From the NCBI GenBank assembly GCA_964492615.1, contig CAZBKZ010000006.1, positions 18,712 through 82,711 of the forward strand: DNA of 64,000 nt, read 5' to 3'. The notes beneath the pieces were generated by a model, which saw nothing but the letters and a program-made list of their open reading frames with translations, did not search any database and was not told where the DNA came from. The translations under genes and the position numbers were made by a program. The first letter of the stretch is position 1, and each line of letters starts with the position of its first letter. Positions 1-10,224 of this stretch are shown here, piece by piece. The stretch comes from an uncultured Syntrophomonadaceae bacterium. Lineage in GTDB: Bacteria; Bacillota; Dethiobacteria; DTU022.

Positions 1-154
1 TAATGCAGCGCATGATTAACAAATCATGCGCTCTTATTATTACTCTGGTGTTTATACAGGTAAGTCATCAATTACCTGTCGGGTCTTATAAAAAAACGGG
101 GCTTACTTTAATAAGTAAGCCCCGTTTTTACATTTATAGTTTACATGTTCTTCT

Positions 155-1132
155 TTATTTTTTTTCAGCCATTGGAACGGGAACAGCTTTAGCCTTACCG
201 AACTGTGGCCTCGAGGTAACCCTTTCGATCATGGGCACAAAGGCATTCATTATAAGTATAGCAAAAGCAACCCCTTCGGTAATCATAAATCCTACCCTAA
301 AAATAACTATCAGGGCTCCTATGGCTATACCGTATATAATTTTACCTTTATCAGTCATGGGGCTGGTTACCCAGTCGGTTGCCATGAAAAAAGCACCGAT
401 TATAATTCCACCGGTGACAAGGTGGTATATTGGGTTTTCGCCCGTAATCAGAGTTAATATTATCATGGTAGCCAGAATAGAAACAGGAATCCTCCACCCA
501 ATATGCCTTTTATAAAAGAGATATCCAGCTCCCAGTAGAAGCGCAAAGGGTGATACCTCAGCTAAGGCTCCGGCAGGAAAAGCAAAAAACAACTCACTTA
601 CTGACGGCATTTGAAGTCCTGCCCGCAGCATGGCCAGTGGAGTAGCCTGTGTAATGGTATCCAGCGGTCCAAGGTGTATGGTCAGCGGCTGGAACCACTG
701 GTTCACATAAGCATAAACAGGGGCCAGCATAATCAGGGCTATACGCCCGAAAAGAGCCGGGTTAAAGCGGTTCCATCCCAACCCACCGGCCAGTTCCTTG
801 GCAATTCCCACAGCAATGAAGGTTGCCAAAGCCGCTTTATACCAGGGTGTTGTGGCCTGGAATAAAAGGGCAACAAACAAACCGGTCAAAAGAGCACTCC
901 AATCGTTGATCCTTGGCTTTTTATGCATCAGCTTTTTAAACAGTATTTCCGTCAATACTGCAGTCACAAGACATATCGCAATGGTCAACGCTGCATAATA
1001 ACGGAAAAAATATATGGATACCAGCGTGACGGGCATCAGGGCGATAAATACGTCTCGCATGGCGTTTGATACAGTATCATGACTCTTTAAGTGAGGTGGC
1101 GATGACACTACAAACTTCCGGGTATCGTTCAC
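155..1132 (-). CDS. rnfD: Rnf electron-transport complex subunit D (RnfD/NqrB family polytopic membrane protein)
   Basis: 325-aa ORF, polytopic, with RnfD/NqrB-like sequence throughout. It lies immediately downstream of rnfC, matching the usual rnfCDGEAB order. Confidence 0.8.
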   Translation of the reverse strand: MNDTRKFVVSSPPHLKSHDTVSNAMRDVFIALMPVTLVSIYFFRYYAALTIAICLVTAVLTEILFKKLMHKKPRINDWSALLTGLFVALLFQATTPWYKAALATFIAVGIAKELAGGLGWNRFNPALFGRIALIMLAPVYAYVNQWFQPLTIHLGPLDTITQATPLAMLRAGLQMPSVSELFFAFPAGALAEVSPFALLLGAGYLFYKRHIGWRIPVSILATMIILTLITGENPIYHLVTGGIIIGAFFMATDWVTSPMTDKGKIIYGIAIGALIVIFRVGFMITEGVAFAILIMNAFVPMIERVTSRPQFGKAKAVPVPMAEKK

Positions 1133-1163
1133 AACCTATAACCTCCTTTTCTCCAATTATTGT

Positions 1164-2474
1164 TTATTTCGCACTCATCAGGTCACGTATCAATGGTTTG
1201 GTACGCTGCACCAGAAGAGTGATAGGTCGTTTGGAAGGACATACGTAGGAACAGATACCGCACTCGATGCAATCGAGAGTGTTCCACTCCATGGCTTCCC
1301 TGATCATTCCCGCTTCACAGTAAATGCTGATTTGGTTCGGATATAGTAAAACCGGGCAATGTTCGACGCACTTGCAGCAGCGAACACAATCGGCATATTC
1401 CATTTCGGCAATAGCCATATCCGGAGGCAGCACAATAATACCTGTAGTTCCTTTCATCACTGGAACATCAAGGGTTTGCTGGGCTTTACCTGTCATCGGT
1501 CCGCCAACAATAACCTTGGCCGGTTCTTCAATAATTCCGCCGCATTCATCGATTAAAACCGATAAAGGCGTTCCTATTTTCACCATGAGGTTTTGCGGAT
1601 CTTTCAGGTTCTGACCGGTTACGGCAACCACTCTTTCAATCAGCGGTTTGTTAAACCGGACAGCTTCATAAATAGCTACTGCAGTGCCAACATTCTGAAT
1701 CATTGTGCCTACATCCATTGGAAGCCCCCCGGAAGGAACCTCCCTGTCGAGAGCTGCTTTAACCAGGTGTTTTTCCGAACCCTGGGGATACTTGGTTGGC
1801 ATCCGCAGCAATACTATTCGCGGATCGTCATTCTTCTCGCGAATAGCCTCTATCGCATCGTCTTTATTCCCTTCGATACAGATATAGGCATTGTCAACAT
1901 CCAGCACCTTCATAATCAGCTTGGTTCCCTGGAGTAGTTCTTCAGGTTTTTCAAGCATCAAGCGATGGTCACAAGTCAGGTAAGGTTCACACTCGCAACC
2001 ATTAAGCAGTAACGCATCAACCTTTTTATCGGGAGGTGGGCTTAATTTAACCGAGGTCGGAAAAGTCGCTCCTCCCATACCAACGATACCGGCTTCCTTA
2101 ATGGCGTTGATAATATCTTCTTTACTTGCCTTTTCCACGTCATTGTCGGCAAATTGAATTTCCTCCTGGTCCCTGTCAACAGCAATAACAATGCAATCAA
2201 CCGGCTGTCCAGGAATTCGCGGTTCTATTGCTGTCACCGTTCCAGACAGACTAGCGTGAACGGGGGCGCTGACAAATTTATCTGTCGCCCCGATTTTCTG
2301 GCCTGCTTTAACCTTGTCGCCAACTTTAACCAGGGGTTCATTGGGTGCGCCAAGGTGCTGTGAAAGCGGTATTACAATCTCCTCCGGTAGAGGAGCTGCC
2401 TTAATCGGCTTATGCTCACTAAAACTCTTATAGTGAGGAACATTTAACCCACCAAAAAACTGTTTAACTTCCAC
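1164..2474 (-). CDS. rnfC: Rnf complex subunit C (NADH-binding, two 4Fe-4S clusters)
   Basis: 436 aa; GMGGATFPT signature and two ferredoxin-type motifs, CVRCCKCVEHCP and CIECGICSYVCP. An 18-nt gap separates it from the upstream fdhB stop. Confidence 0.8.
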   Translation of the reverse strand: MEVKQFFGGLNVPHYKSFSEHKPIKAAPLPEEIVIPLSQHLGAPNEPLVKVGDKVKAGQKIGATDKFVSAPVHASLSGTVTAIEPRIPGQPVDCIVIAVDRDQEEIQFADNDVEKASKEDIINAIKEAGIVGMGGATFPTSVKLSPPPDKKVDALLLNGCECEPYLTCDHRLMLEKPEELLQGTKLIMKVLDVDNAYICIEGNKDDAIEAIREKNDDPRIVLLRMPTKYPQGSEKHLVKAALDREVPSGGLPMDVGTMIQNVGTAVAIYEAVRFNKPLIERVVAVTGQNLKDPQNLMVKIGTPLSVLIDECGGIIEEPAKVIVGGPMTGKAQQTLDVPVMKGTTGIIVLPPDMAIAEMEYADCVRCCKCVEHCPVLLYPNQISIYCEAGMIREAMEWNTLDCIECGICSYVCPSKRPITLLVQRTKPLIRDLMSAK

Positions 2475-2492
2475 TTGACTTCACCTCCCGGT

Positions 2493-3278
2493 TTATTTGG
2501 CTTTAGCCTTATTCTCTTCTACACGCTTACTGTGCGAGCGGTTCGACCATAGGCCAATAGCAACAGCTATAACAACAAATACGCGTAGTGGAGCATATAT
2601 TGTATTCCATACTCGGGTCTGAATCGGCACCTGCGGATCGGCAGGAAAACCGTACTTCTCAGGTTTATCGGCCAACACATACAGCATTCCGGTGCCTCCT
2701 ACTTCATCCAAACCATATATAGTTGCATTTTGTTTGCCTGCAGCTTTCAACTCAGCAACCCTGGCCCTGGCAGTCCGTATTAACTCCCTGCTGTCACCAA
2801 AGGTTATGGAACCAGTCGGGCAGGCATTGGCACAGGCTGGTTTCAGGCCGCTTTCGAGACGATCAAGGCAAAAAGTGCACTTCCGCGCTTTGTTGGCCAG
2901 GCGATCAAAACCGATAACATGAAATGGACAGGCAGCCACACAATAGTTACAGCCAATACACTTTATTTCATCTACCACAACGGTATCATACTCGGTTCGG
3001 TAAATTGCACCGGCCGGACAGGCCATCATACAGGCAGCGTCATGACAGTGCATACAACCCTGCTTGACCATCAACCAGTCAACCCCGCCGCTTTCATTTT
3101 CATGTTCCCGGAACTTGATTCGCATCCAGGTAGTTGAAGAAAAACCAGGCGGGTTTTCATAGGTACCGGTAAATGTAGTCTGCTCAGCAGGGTTCTGATT
3201 CCACTGTTTACAGGCAACCTGGCATCCGCGGCAACCAATACACTTGGAAGCATCTATCAAACAAATTGGTTTAGCCAT
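2493..3278 (-). CDS. fdhB: Formate dehydrogenase iron-sulfur (beta) subunit with a C-terminal membrane anchor
   Basis: Four CxxCxxCxxxCP ferredoxin motifs (FdnH/HybA-like) and a C-terminal TM helix VFVVIAVAIGLW. Directly follows fdhA with no gap. Confidence 0.75.
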   Translation of the reverse strand: MAKPICLIDASKCIGCRGCQVACKQWNQNPAEQTTFTGTYENPPGFSSTTWMRIKFREHENESGGVDWLMVKQGCMHCHDAACMMACPAGAIYRTEYDTVVVDEIKCIGCNYCVAACPFHVIGFDRLANKARKCTFCLDRLESGLKPACANACPTGSITFGDSRELIRTARARVAELKAAGKQNATIYGLDEVGGTGMLYVLADKPEKYGFPADPQVPIQTRVWNTIYAPLRVFVVIAVAIGLWSNRSHSKRVEENKAKAK

Positions 3279-6200
3279 TTATTCTGCCCTCCTTACATTG
3301 CACAGAAATGCTTTATATTCAGGTATTGTAGTGTTTGCATCACCAACAGAAGGACTGAGGTCGTTAGTAACCGCTCCGGTACTCATACCCTTGAAGCCCC
3401 AGTGCCAAGGCAGTCCGACAACATGCTTCTCTTCACCATTAATGATCATTGGTTTAAAGCGCTTAGTGATACAAGCTTTAACCGTGATACCTTTTTGATT
3501 TCCGTCTTTAAAAAGACGCTTGCTTTCAACAACGACGTTCTCGCCATTTTTTATACCGAGTTCAGCTGCCAGTTCTTCACTGATCTCAATAAATAATTCT
3601 GGCATAAGTTCGTTCAGCCAGGGCAGGTTTCGGGTAACTATACCCGACTGGTAATGTTCAACTATCCGGTATGTGGTGATGATATAAGGATACCTCTCCC
3701 GTTCTTCATCAGTTTCTACCGTGTGGTCGGCATAAAATCTCTGGCTGACCGGATTGTAAGTAGCCTGCGGGTGTAACAGGTTAGGCACAAGGCTTTCAGC
3801 CGGCTCATAATGAACCGGGAACGGACCATCCTTCAAAGCGCTATGCGAATATAGCCTGCCCACACCTTCAGGTAGCATTATAAAGGGATTTTCAGTAATC
3901 TGTTCAAACGACCAGGAACCGGGAATATCAGGTATATCGTTACCTATCCACCTTTGGTCTTCTTCGCTCCACCAGACCACAGGGGCTTCAGGGTTCCAGG
4001 GTTTACCTTCGAGATCGCAGGAAGCGCGATTATAAACAATACGGCGGTTAAGCGGCCAGGCAAACGACCAGCCCAGGTTGGAACCGATTCCTTCCTTTTC
4101 CTTAACCCTGTTCTTGGTAGCAGGAGCTCCTTCATTGTTATAGTAACCGCTATAGAGCCAGTTACCGCAGGCAGTTGAGCCATCGTCGGCTAAACCGACA
4201 AAGTTAGTTACCAGGGAACCATCAGAGCTCTTATAACCATTCAGTTCCTTGCATACTTTTACAATATCGATTTCACCATCAGGGCTATCGTAATCCCAGT
4301 TCATGCTGGTTATCTGTTCGGGAACTACTCCACCCTCTTCTTCATACAATCCACGCAGGTTTTTAAACAGCTCGTTGACTATCCACAAATCCTGCTTTGA
4401 TTCGCCGGGCGGATCCTGGGCTTTCCAGTTCCACTGGATCCAGCGGCCGCTGTTCGCCTTGCTGCCTTCTTTTTCATAACCAATTGCAGCCGGCAGGATA
4501 AACACTTCGGTATCAATCTCTGCCGGATTCATATCAGGGCCATCCCAGAAAGATGCAGTTTCATTTTCAAATACATCCACTGAGACAAGCCACTTCAGAT
4601 TCTTCTGGTAGCTGCGTTTTGCTGCAGCAGACGGTCCGGAAACAGCCGGGTTATCGGCCCAGCAGATCATTCCCTCTACCTTGCCTTCACCCATATCCCT
4701 GTACTGGGCAATATGTGAGTGGTCTAATCCATCCAGCTTAGGCATCCACTGGTAGCCGAACTCATTGGCAGCCGTAGCATTATTACCGTAAAACGCTTTC
4801 AAAAGGCTGACAAAATACTTTGGTTTATGAACCCACCAGCCTGTTGCAGGAGTTTCCTTCTCCAGGTAATCAGCCAGGGTCGGGTGTGCACCCTGCTGTG
4901 GTGTGGACATATACCCGGGAACTATGTGATAAAGAATGGCCATATCGGTAGAACCCTGCACGTTAGACTGTCCGCGCTGGGCATTAACCCCACCGCCGGC
5001 AATCCCCATATTCCCCAACAGAAGCTGGACAACAGCTACTGCACGTACGTTTTGTGCTCCGTGAGAAAACTGGGTAATACCCATGGCATATAAAATATTA
5101 CCGGCTTTACCGGGCTCACCTGTTGAGCTGAACAACTCGTAAGATTCACGTAATGCATCAGGATCCGCCCCGGTGATTTTGCTGATATTGTCTATTGTAT
5201 AACGACTGTAGTGATTCTTGATCATCTGCAAAACACAGTTGGGGCTTTCGAAGGTAGTATCTTTAAGAACATTCCCTTCCGCATCTCTCTGATACTGCCA
5301 TTCCTCGGTATTATACTTGATAGCACTGCGTACAGGGTCATCCTCAGCGCCTGTAAACAGCCCGTTCACTTCATCAAAATCATAACCTTCATTGACCAGG
5401 TATGATGCATTGGTATAGTTTTCAACGTATTCCTTGTGGTACTTTTCATTCTCAAGGATATAGTTAATAAGACCGCCAAGATATGCAATGTTAGTCCCCG
5501 GTCGAATACTTACATATACATCTGCCACTGCGGCTGTCCTTGAGATACGCGGATCAACTGCAATGAGCTTTGCTGCCTTGGTTTGACGGGCCTTTTCAAT
5601 CCATTTCATCGAAATGGGGTGGTTCTCAGCAGTGTTACCACCTATGTTCATAAACACATCACTGTGCTGGTAATCATTCCAATGATTAGTCATGCAACCT
5701 CTTCCGAACGTGGCGCCTAGACCGGCGACCGTTACGGAGTGTCAGAGGCGGGCACAGTGATCAACATTAATCACTCCCATCGCCCTGACCATTTTGTGAT
5801 ATAAATAGTTTTCTTCGTTACTGCAGAAAGCACTGCCGAGCCATGAAATAGCTTCGGTCCTGTTAACAGTAACTCTCTGCCCCCTTACATCGGCCGTTTC
5901 CTGGTAATTTCTATCACGCGTATCTTTTATACGCCTGGCAATAGTATCCAAGATCCAATCCCAGTCTTTCTCTTCGTAACTGCTGGCCCCGGGTGCACGA
6001 TAAAGTGGCCTGGTTAAACGCTTGGGGTTGGGTACAGGCTTGCCTTTTTCCTCAAAGATGTAAGACAAATTAAAATGTGAACTACCCTTGCTGCAAAGGG
6101 TTCCTTCGTTAATAGGGTGACCTGGATCCCCTTCGGCATTTACAATTATGCCTTCTCTTACATTGCAAATAATACCGCAACCTACTCCGCAAAAAGTACA

Positions 6201-6356
6201 TGTTGTTGGAAACTCCTGGGTATACTTAATGCGCAGGGGTTCCGCGGTAGACGCATAAGCCTTATTCAGGCCAACACCGGCCAGTGTTGCCGTTGCGGCA
6301 GTCGCACCGGTAAGCTTCAAAAAGCTGCGTCGCGTCAACTGCATCAGTAAATCCAC
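3279..6356 (-). CDS. fdhA: Formate dehydrogenase alpha subunit, molybdopterin, Tat-exported, selenocysteine-containing (in-frame UGA at 5742-5744)
   Basis: Tat signal RRSFLK at the N-terminus, CTFCGVGCG Fe-S motif, and ...VDHCARL-TGA-HSVTVAGLGATFGRGCMTNHW... which aligns with E. coli FdnG ARV-U-HGPTVASLAPTFGRGAMTNHW. The track ORFs 5742..6356 and 3279..5693 are in the same frame, separated only by the TGA. Confidence 0.8.
5707..5733 (-). promoter_or_regulatory. Candidate bacterial SECIS hairpin downstream of the fdhA UGA
   Basis: mRNA reads UGA CACUCCGU AACGGUCGCC-GGUCUA-GGCGCCACGUU. This is a ~10-bp stem with a bulged U and a GGUCU apical loop starting 9 nt after the UGA; E. coli fdhF has a GGUC loop and a bulged U. 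Confidence 0.5.
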
Positions 6357-6359
6357 CTC

Positions 6360-7271
6360 CTAGTCTTGTCTGTAAGATAATTCCTCATCATTGACCCACT
6401 TCAAACCTGAACCTGGTGAAAAACCTTCCTTCCCAGCAAGCAGGTCATAACCCAGGGAAGCAAGGTTGTGAACGGGCAGGACTAAATCCCCATCCACATG
6501 GAAAGTTCTTGCATCATAGACCTTGTAATAACGGCAGCAAACCCGACAGTAATTAACCCGGCAGGTATCATTACCCTCCACTGTAAAGAAACCGAGATCT
6601 TCTCTCTTTTCATTACTGCAAAAAGGACATTTTACCCTGGGATGTACCCAGCGGGTTCCACATAACCAGCATTCTAAATGCTTAGCCCCGTTATCTGGAT
6701 GAAGCAAACCGTAATGCGGCTTTTTACCGCAAACAGGACAGTCCCCCCCTTCGTAGAGGTCGGTTCGCAGATCCTCTTTAATCAGTTTAAGCTGCCGCTT
6801 ATATAGAGAATACTTAGTTGTAGTAAATATTAAAGTGGCTAGATCTTCCGCAATTATGTTTTCTTCGATGATGTGTTTATGCAGGTCAGCTATCTCCTCA
6901 AGGGAAACCATCTTGCTATCTTCGGAGATATATTTTTCAAACATTTTTATAGCATTGGATATATTTTTTTTCAAGGCTAGATTGGTTTTTACAATTGTTG
7001 TACAAATCTCTTTAAAGACTGAACAGAAAGGTTCTCTGTCAACCGGTGGTCTGAGAACAAGACTAATATCCTTTTTCATTATATCAGTTGAATTGGCAGG
7101 CAAGAGGCTGCCTTTCTCAATCGGGGGAGCATGATCCGGGTGAACTTTAAAATAAGTATTTATCGAATCAAAAACAGACCTGATAAAACCGGATCCCGCT
7201 TTAAAATTATCGTATATTTTTATGCAACGCTCGATTTCCTGTTCGTAACCGGCCAACCATAAGTCGTTCAA
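6360..7271 (-). CDS. fdhE: FdhE-like formate dehydrogenase accessory protein (TTG start)
   Basis: ~300 aa with CPVCG..CWLCG..CPFC..CRVCCRYY cysteine pairs typical of FdhE. Its stop lies 3 nt before the fdhA start. Confidence 0.6.
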   Translation of the reverse strand: MNDLWLAGYEQEIERCIKIYDNFKAGSGFIRSVFDSINTYFKVHPDHAPPIEKGSLLPANSTDIMKKDISLVLRPPVDREPFCSVFKEICTTIVKTNLALKKNISNAIKMFEKYISEDSKMVSLEEIADLHKHIIEENIIAEDLATLIFTTTKYSLYKRQLKLIKEDLRTDLYEGGDCPVCGKKPHYGLLHPDNGAKHLECWLCGTRWVHPRVKCPFCSNEKREDLGFFTVEGNDTCRVNYCRVCCRYYKVYDARTFHVDGDLVLPVHNLASLGYDLLAGKEGFSPGSGLKWVNDEELSYRQD

Positions 7272-7648
7272 ACATTAACACCCCTAATTCTGATATTTAG
7301 CTTTAATTGATATATATTCTATAGGGTTTATGTTTTATATTGAATCCTGTGAATTTTATAACATTTGCTGTTTAAATGAAAAATCCCTTTTAAAAGGGCA
7401 TTTTAAATAATGAACCAGCTATTGCACACAAGAATATTATACTCGCGACTTTAAATAAAAGCTTAACCTCTTTAACAATTAGGATAATTATACCTATAAG
7501 TTATTTTTATGTCAATATGAACGGCTTTTTTTTAACTTCAATATTTCATATTGATTTTTCCCCAGCTTAAACGATTGAAGGCTATATTTGTCCGTTTCAT
7601 TGAAACTTTTCATAAACTCAATTATTAAGTGCTTCTAATCGAATATAA

Positions 7649-7682
7649 AAAAAGCCGGTCCCAGGGACCGGCCTCTTTTCAT
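7649..7682 (-). terminator. Rho-independent terminator after the rhodanese gene (bidirectional hairpin)
   Basis: On the minus strand, GCCGGTCCC-UGG-GACCGGC is followed by TTTTTTTATATT. Confidence 0.5.
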
Positions 7683-7695
7683 TTGGAAAGTGCTT

Positions 7696-8664
7696 TTACT
7701 CGCTTACGACAGGCAGATCTTCCGCCAGCCAGCCAAGGTTCATACCACTGGCCAGTGACTTAGCATCAAACCCAAGCATTCTTAGCACACCCACGGTCTG
7801 ACCGGCAGTCTGCCCCGTATAGCAGGTAACCACGATCGGACGGTTAGTGGGAAGATCGCCAAGGATTTCGCCAACAGCAGCCCAAGGGCTGTGAACAGAA
7901 CCTTCAATATGCCCTGCAGCATAGTCATCAGCACTGCGGATATCAAGAACGTAGAAAGAGTTTGGATTTCCTTCCAATGCTTCTTGCAGCTCAGCCGGCT
8001 GGATAATATTGTTGCCGATAGTAGCTACGTCGGCAAACATATCCTGGGCCAGGGCCCAGAGGATTTCTTCTTCCTCGTTAGCCGGAGATGTCCCGGCAGA
8101 AAGATCTGCTGCCGCATTCATTCCTTCGCCTGTAACTTCATATTCGCTTTCACCAGTCCAACCGCGGGTCATACCGAGGCGTAAAGACTGAACATTATCA
8201 AACCCAGCCATTCTCAGCCAACCAACAGCCTGACCGGCAGTCTGACCGGTATAGCAGGTTACCACAACCGGCCTGTTAGTCGGTATGCGATCCATGATCT
8301 CTCCAACACTGGCCCATTCGCTGTGATAAGCTCCTTCAATATGCCCGGCTTCAAAATCTTCGGCACGGCGGATATCAAGGATAAAGACCGAATCAGGGTT
8401 GTCATCGACCATAGCCTTAACATCATCAGCATGAATTATATTTGTCGACTGGGCAGTTTTTTCGAAATAACTTACCGCCAGATTCTCGACAAGCGCGTCA
8501 ACATCAATTTCTTCTTCTACTATCTCGTCAACAACTTCCCCGACTGCTTCTTCTACTTCTTCCACCACTTCTTCAACCGCAGTGTCAGATCCACAACCGG
8601 TGAAACCAAAGAAGAGCATTCCAATCATTACAACAATAAACAATAAACTCAGGTACTTTTTCAT
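7696..8664 (-). CDS. Lipoprotein with an acidic E/V-rich tract and two tandem rhodanese (sulfurtransferase) domains
   Basis: Signal peptide with lipobox FTGC and an EEVVEEVEEAVGEVVDEIVEEE tract. The two duplicated domains each carry the catalytic loop CYTGQTAGQ. Confidence 0.75.
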   Translation of the reverse strand: MKKYLSLLFIVVMIGMLFFGFTGCGSDTAVEEVVEEVEEAVGEVVDEIVEEEIDVDALVENLAVSYFEKTAQSTNIIHADDVKAMVDDNPDSVFILDIRRAEDFEAGHIEGAYHSEWASVGEIMDRIPTNRPVVVTCYTGQTAGQAVGWLRMAGFDNVQSLRLGMTRGWTGESEYEVTGEGMNAAADLSAGTSPANEEEEILWALAQDMFADVATIGNNIIQPAELQEALEGNPNSFYVLDIRSADDYAAGHIEGSVHSPWAAVGEILGDLPTNRPIVVTCYTGQTAGQTVGVLRMLGFDAKSLASGMNLGWLAEDLPVVSE

Positions 8665-8750
8665 TAAACCAGTGATCCTCCTAAAAATTAATTATCCTAC
8701 CTTTATTAAAAACACAGCATATACCTGTGTAAAATCACTTAAATAACATT

Positions 8751-10040
8751 TTACGGGATATTCCTTACTACCATGTTGTAATTAGCCTGGCTTGTGCCCT
8801 CCTCCAGGTCACTTTCCCTGAGGAAGATAAATTCATTGCCGTGGCAGGAATCACAACTTTCATTCTGGACTGTCGAGCGCTGAACATTATGGGTTGGTGA
8901 ATACTTCCAACTGGCGATATTATCGTAATTAGGCACATCCAGTCCTATACCCTCGAGCATCTGTCTGGAACTGGGCACATGTCTCACCGTAATATACTTG
9001 TAAGGATGCCTGCCCTCCGGCTCCGGGTTTAAAGCAACTTTAAACATAACCCTTGACTGCCCCAGCGGTGCTATTAAAGAACCATCTGTATCCTGCTGAA
9101 TGTGACAATCAAAACAGTTATTATTCGATGTGCTGTGGCAAACCTGGCAGTTCATCAGATCTTCTGAATGAACCTTATGAGCTTCTATATCGCTATCTTC
9201 ATATACATTGCCGTGACAATCCATGCAGCTCGGCAGATCGACATCCCATTTGCGAACTTCCTCGCGTCCTGTTCCATGGAAGTTATTCACATCATGACAG
9301 TCCATGCAATCCATACCCGCTTCGTAATGAACATCACGGGCATAACCGATTGTCCCCATGTATTCTCCTGCCGTCCGGGCCCCATGACAGCCAAAGCAGG
9401 TATCCTCCATTGGCGGCTTTTCGGCAAACATATGCTCCGAGTGTAAACCACCTGTATAAACATAAGGCCTGCTCACATGACACGAACCGCAACTTGAATG
9501 ACATTTATAACAGGTTGAATCAAATGCTTCCTGTAATATATTCCCTTCTTCTGTAGTTGCTCCCGGATGGCCAAATTCCTCAAGACCAACTCTCATACCG
9601 AGTACAGTATAGTGTATGGCAGTATCAAATGTTTCTCCCACTTCAGTATGACATAATACACAAAGCGATCCTGCATCAGCCTGGGAAGGATAAACCTCCA
9701 TCCCTTCATGCGCTTCATCTTTGCTGCTGACATTTACACCCCCATGGCAGGTAATACAACCAAGCTCGCCATGAACAGTGTCTGTAAAATCAGGGTTAAC
9801 ATAAAACAGATCCTGACCCCCCAACTGGGGTCCGGGCACACCTCAGCCAGGGCCATCTGCGGGCGGTGGCACATCATACATGGCCTCCATCACATCAGCA
9901 TCAAGGTGACAAGCCATGCAGCCGTCACTTGGTGTGGCGCTTAACACAGGTGAGGTATTAACATATAGAGTAGCAACGATTAGAACAACAGCCAGCGATG
10001 CCGCCATGAAAATCAAAGTTTCTTTTCTACGTTTTGCCAA
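8751..10040 (-). CDS. Membrane-anchored multiheme cytochrome c (11 CxxCH) interrupted by an in-frame TGA at 9843-9845
   Basis: The 65-aa N-terminal ORF (TTG start, TM anchor, CMACH) and the 362-aa ORF (GTG, ten CxxCH, no signal peptide) are in the same frame and separated only by TGA plus one codon. Confidence 0.55.
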
Positions 10041-10224
10041 GCTATCACCCCTTCTTTAGATATCCGTATCTCTTGAGAAAAAAATCTCAAGCACCACCAA
10101 AAAAAATTGGTAAGCTATATATATTCTTTACTTTTTATTATAACATATGTTAAGAGCGTTTATTAAGGAAATTTCGCTATAAAATATTTTATAATACCTA
10201 TAAGTTATAGCTAATACCCATGAT

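Noticed and set aside
3-515. 170-aa plus-strand ORF at the window start
   Set aside because: Lies entirely antisense to rnfD, has low-complexity hydrophobic composition and no ribosome-binding site. It is a shadow ORF of the real minus-strand gene.
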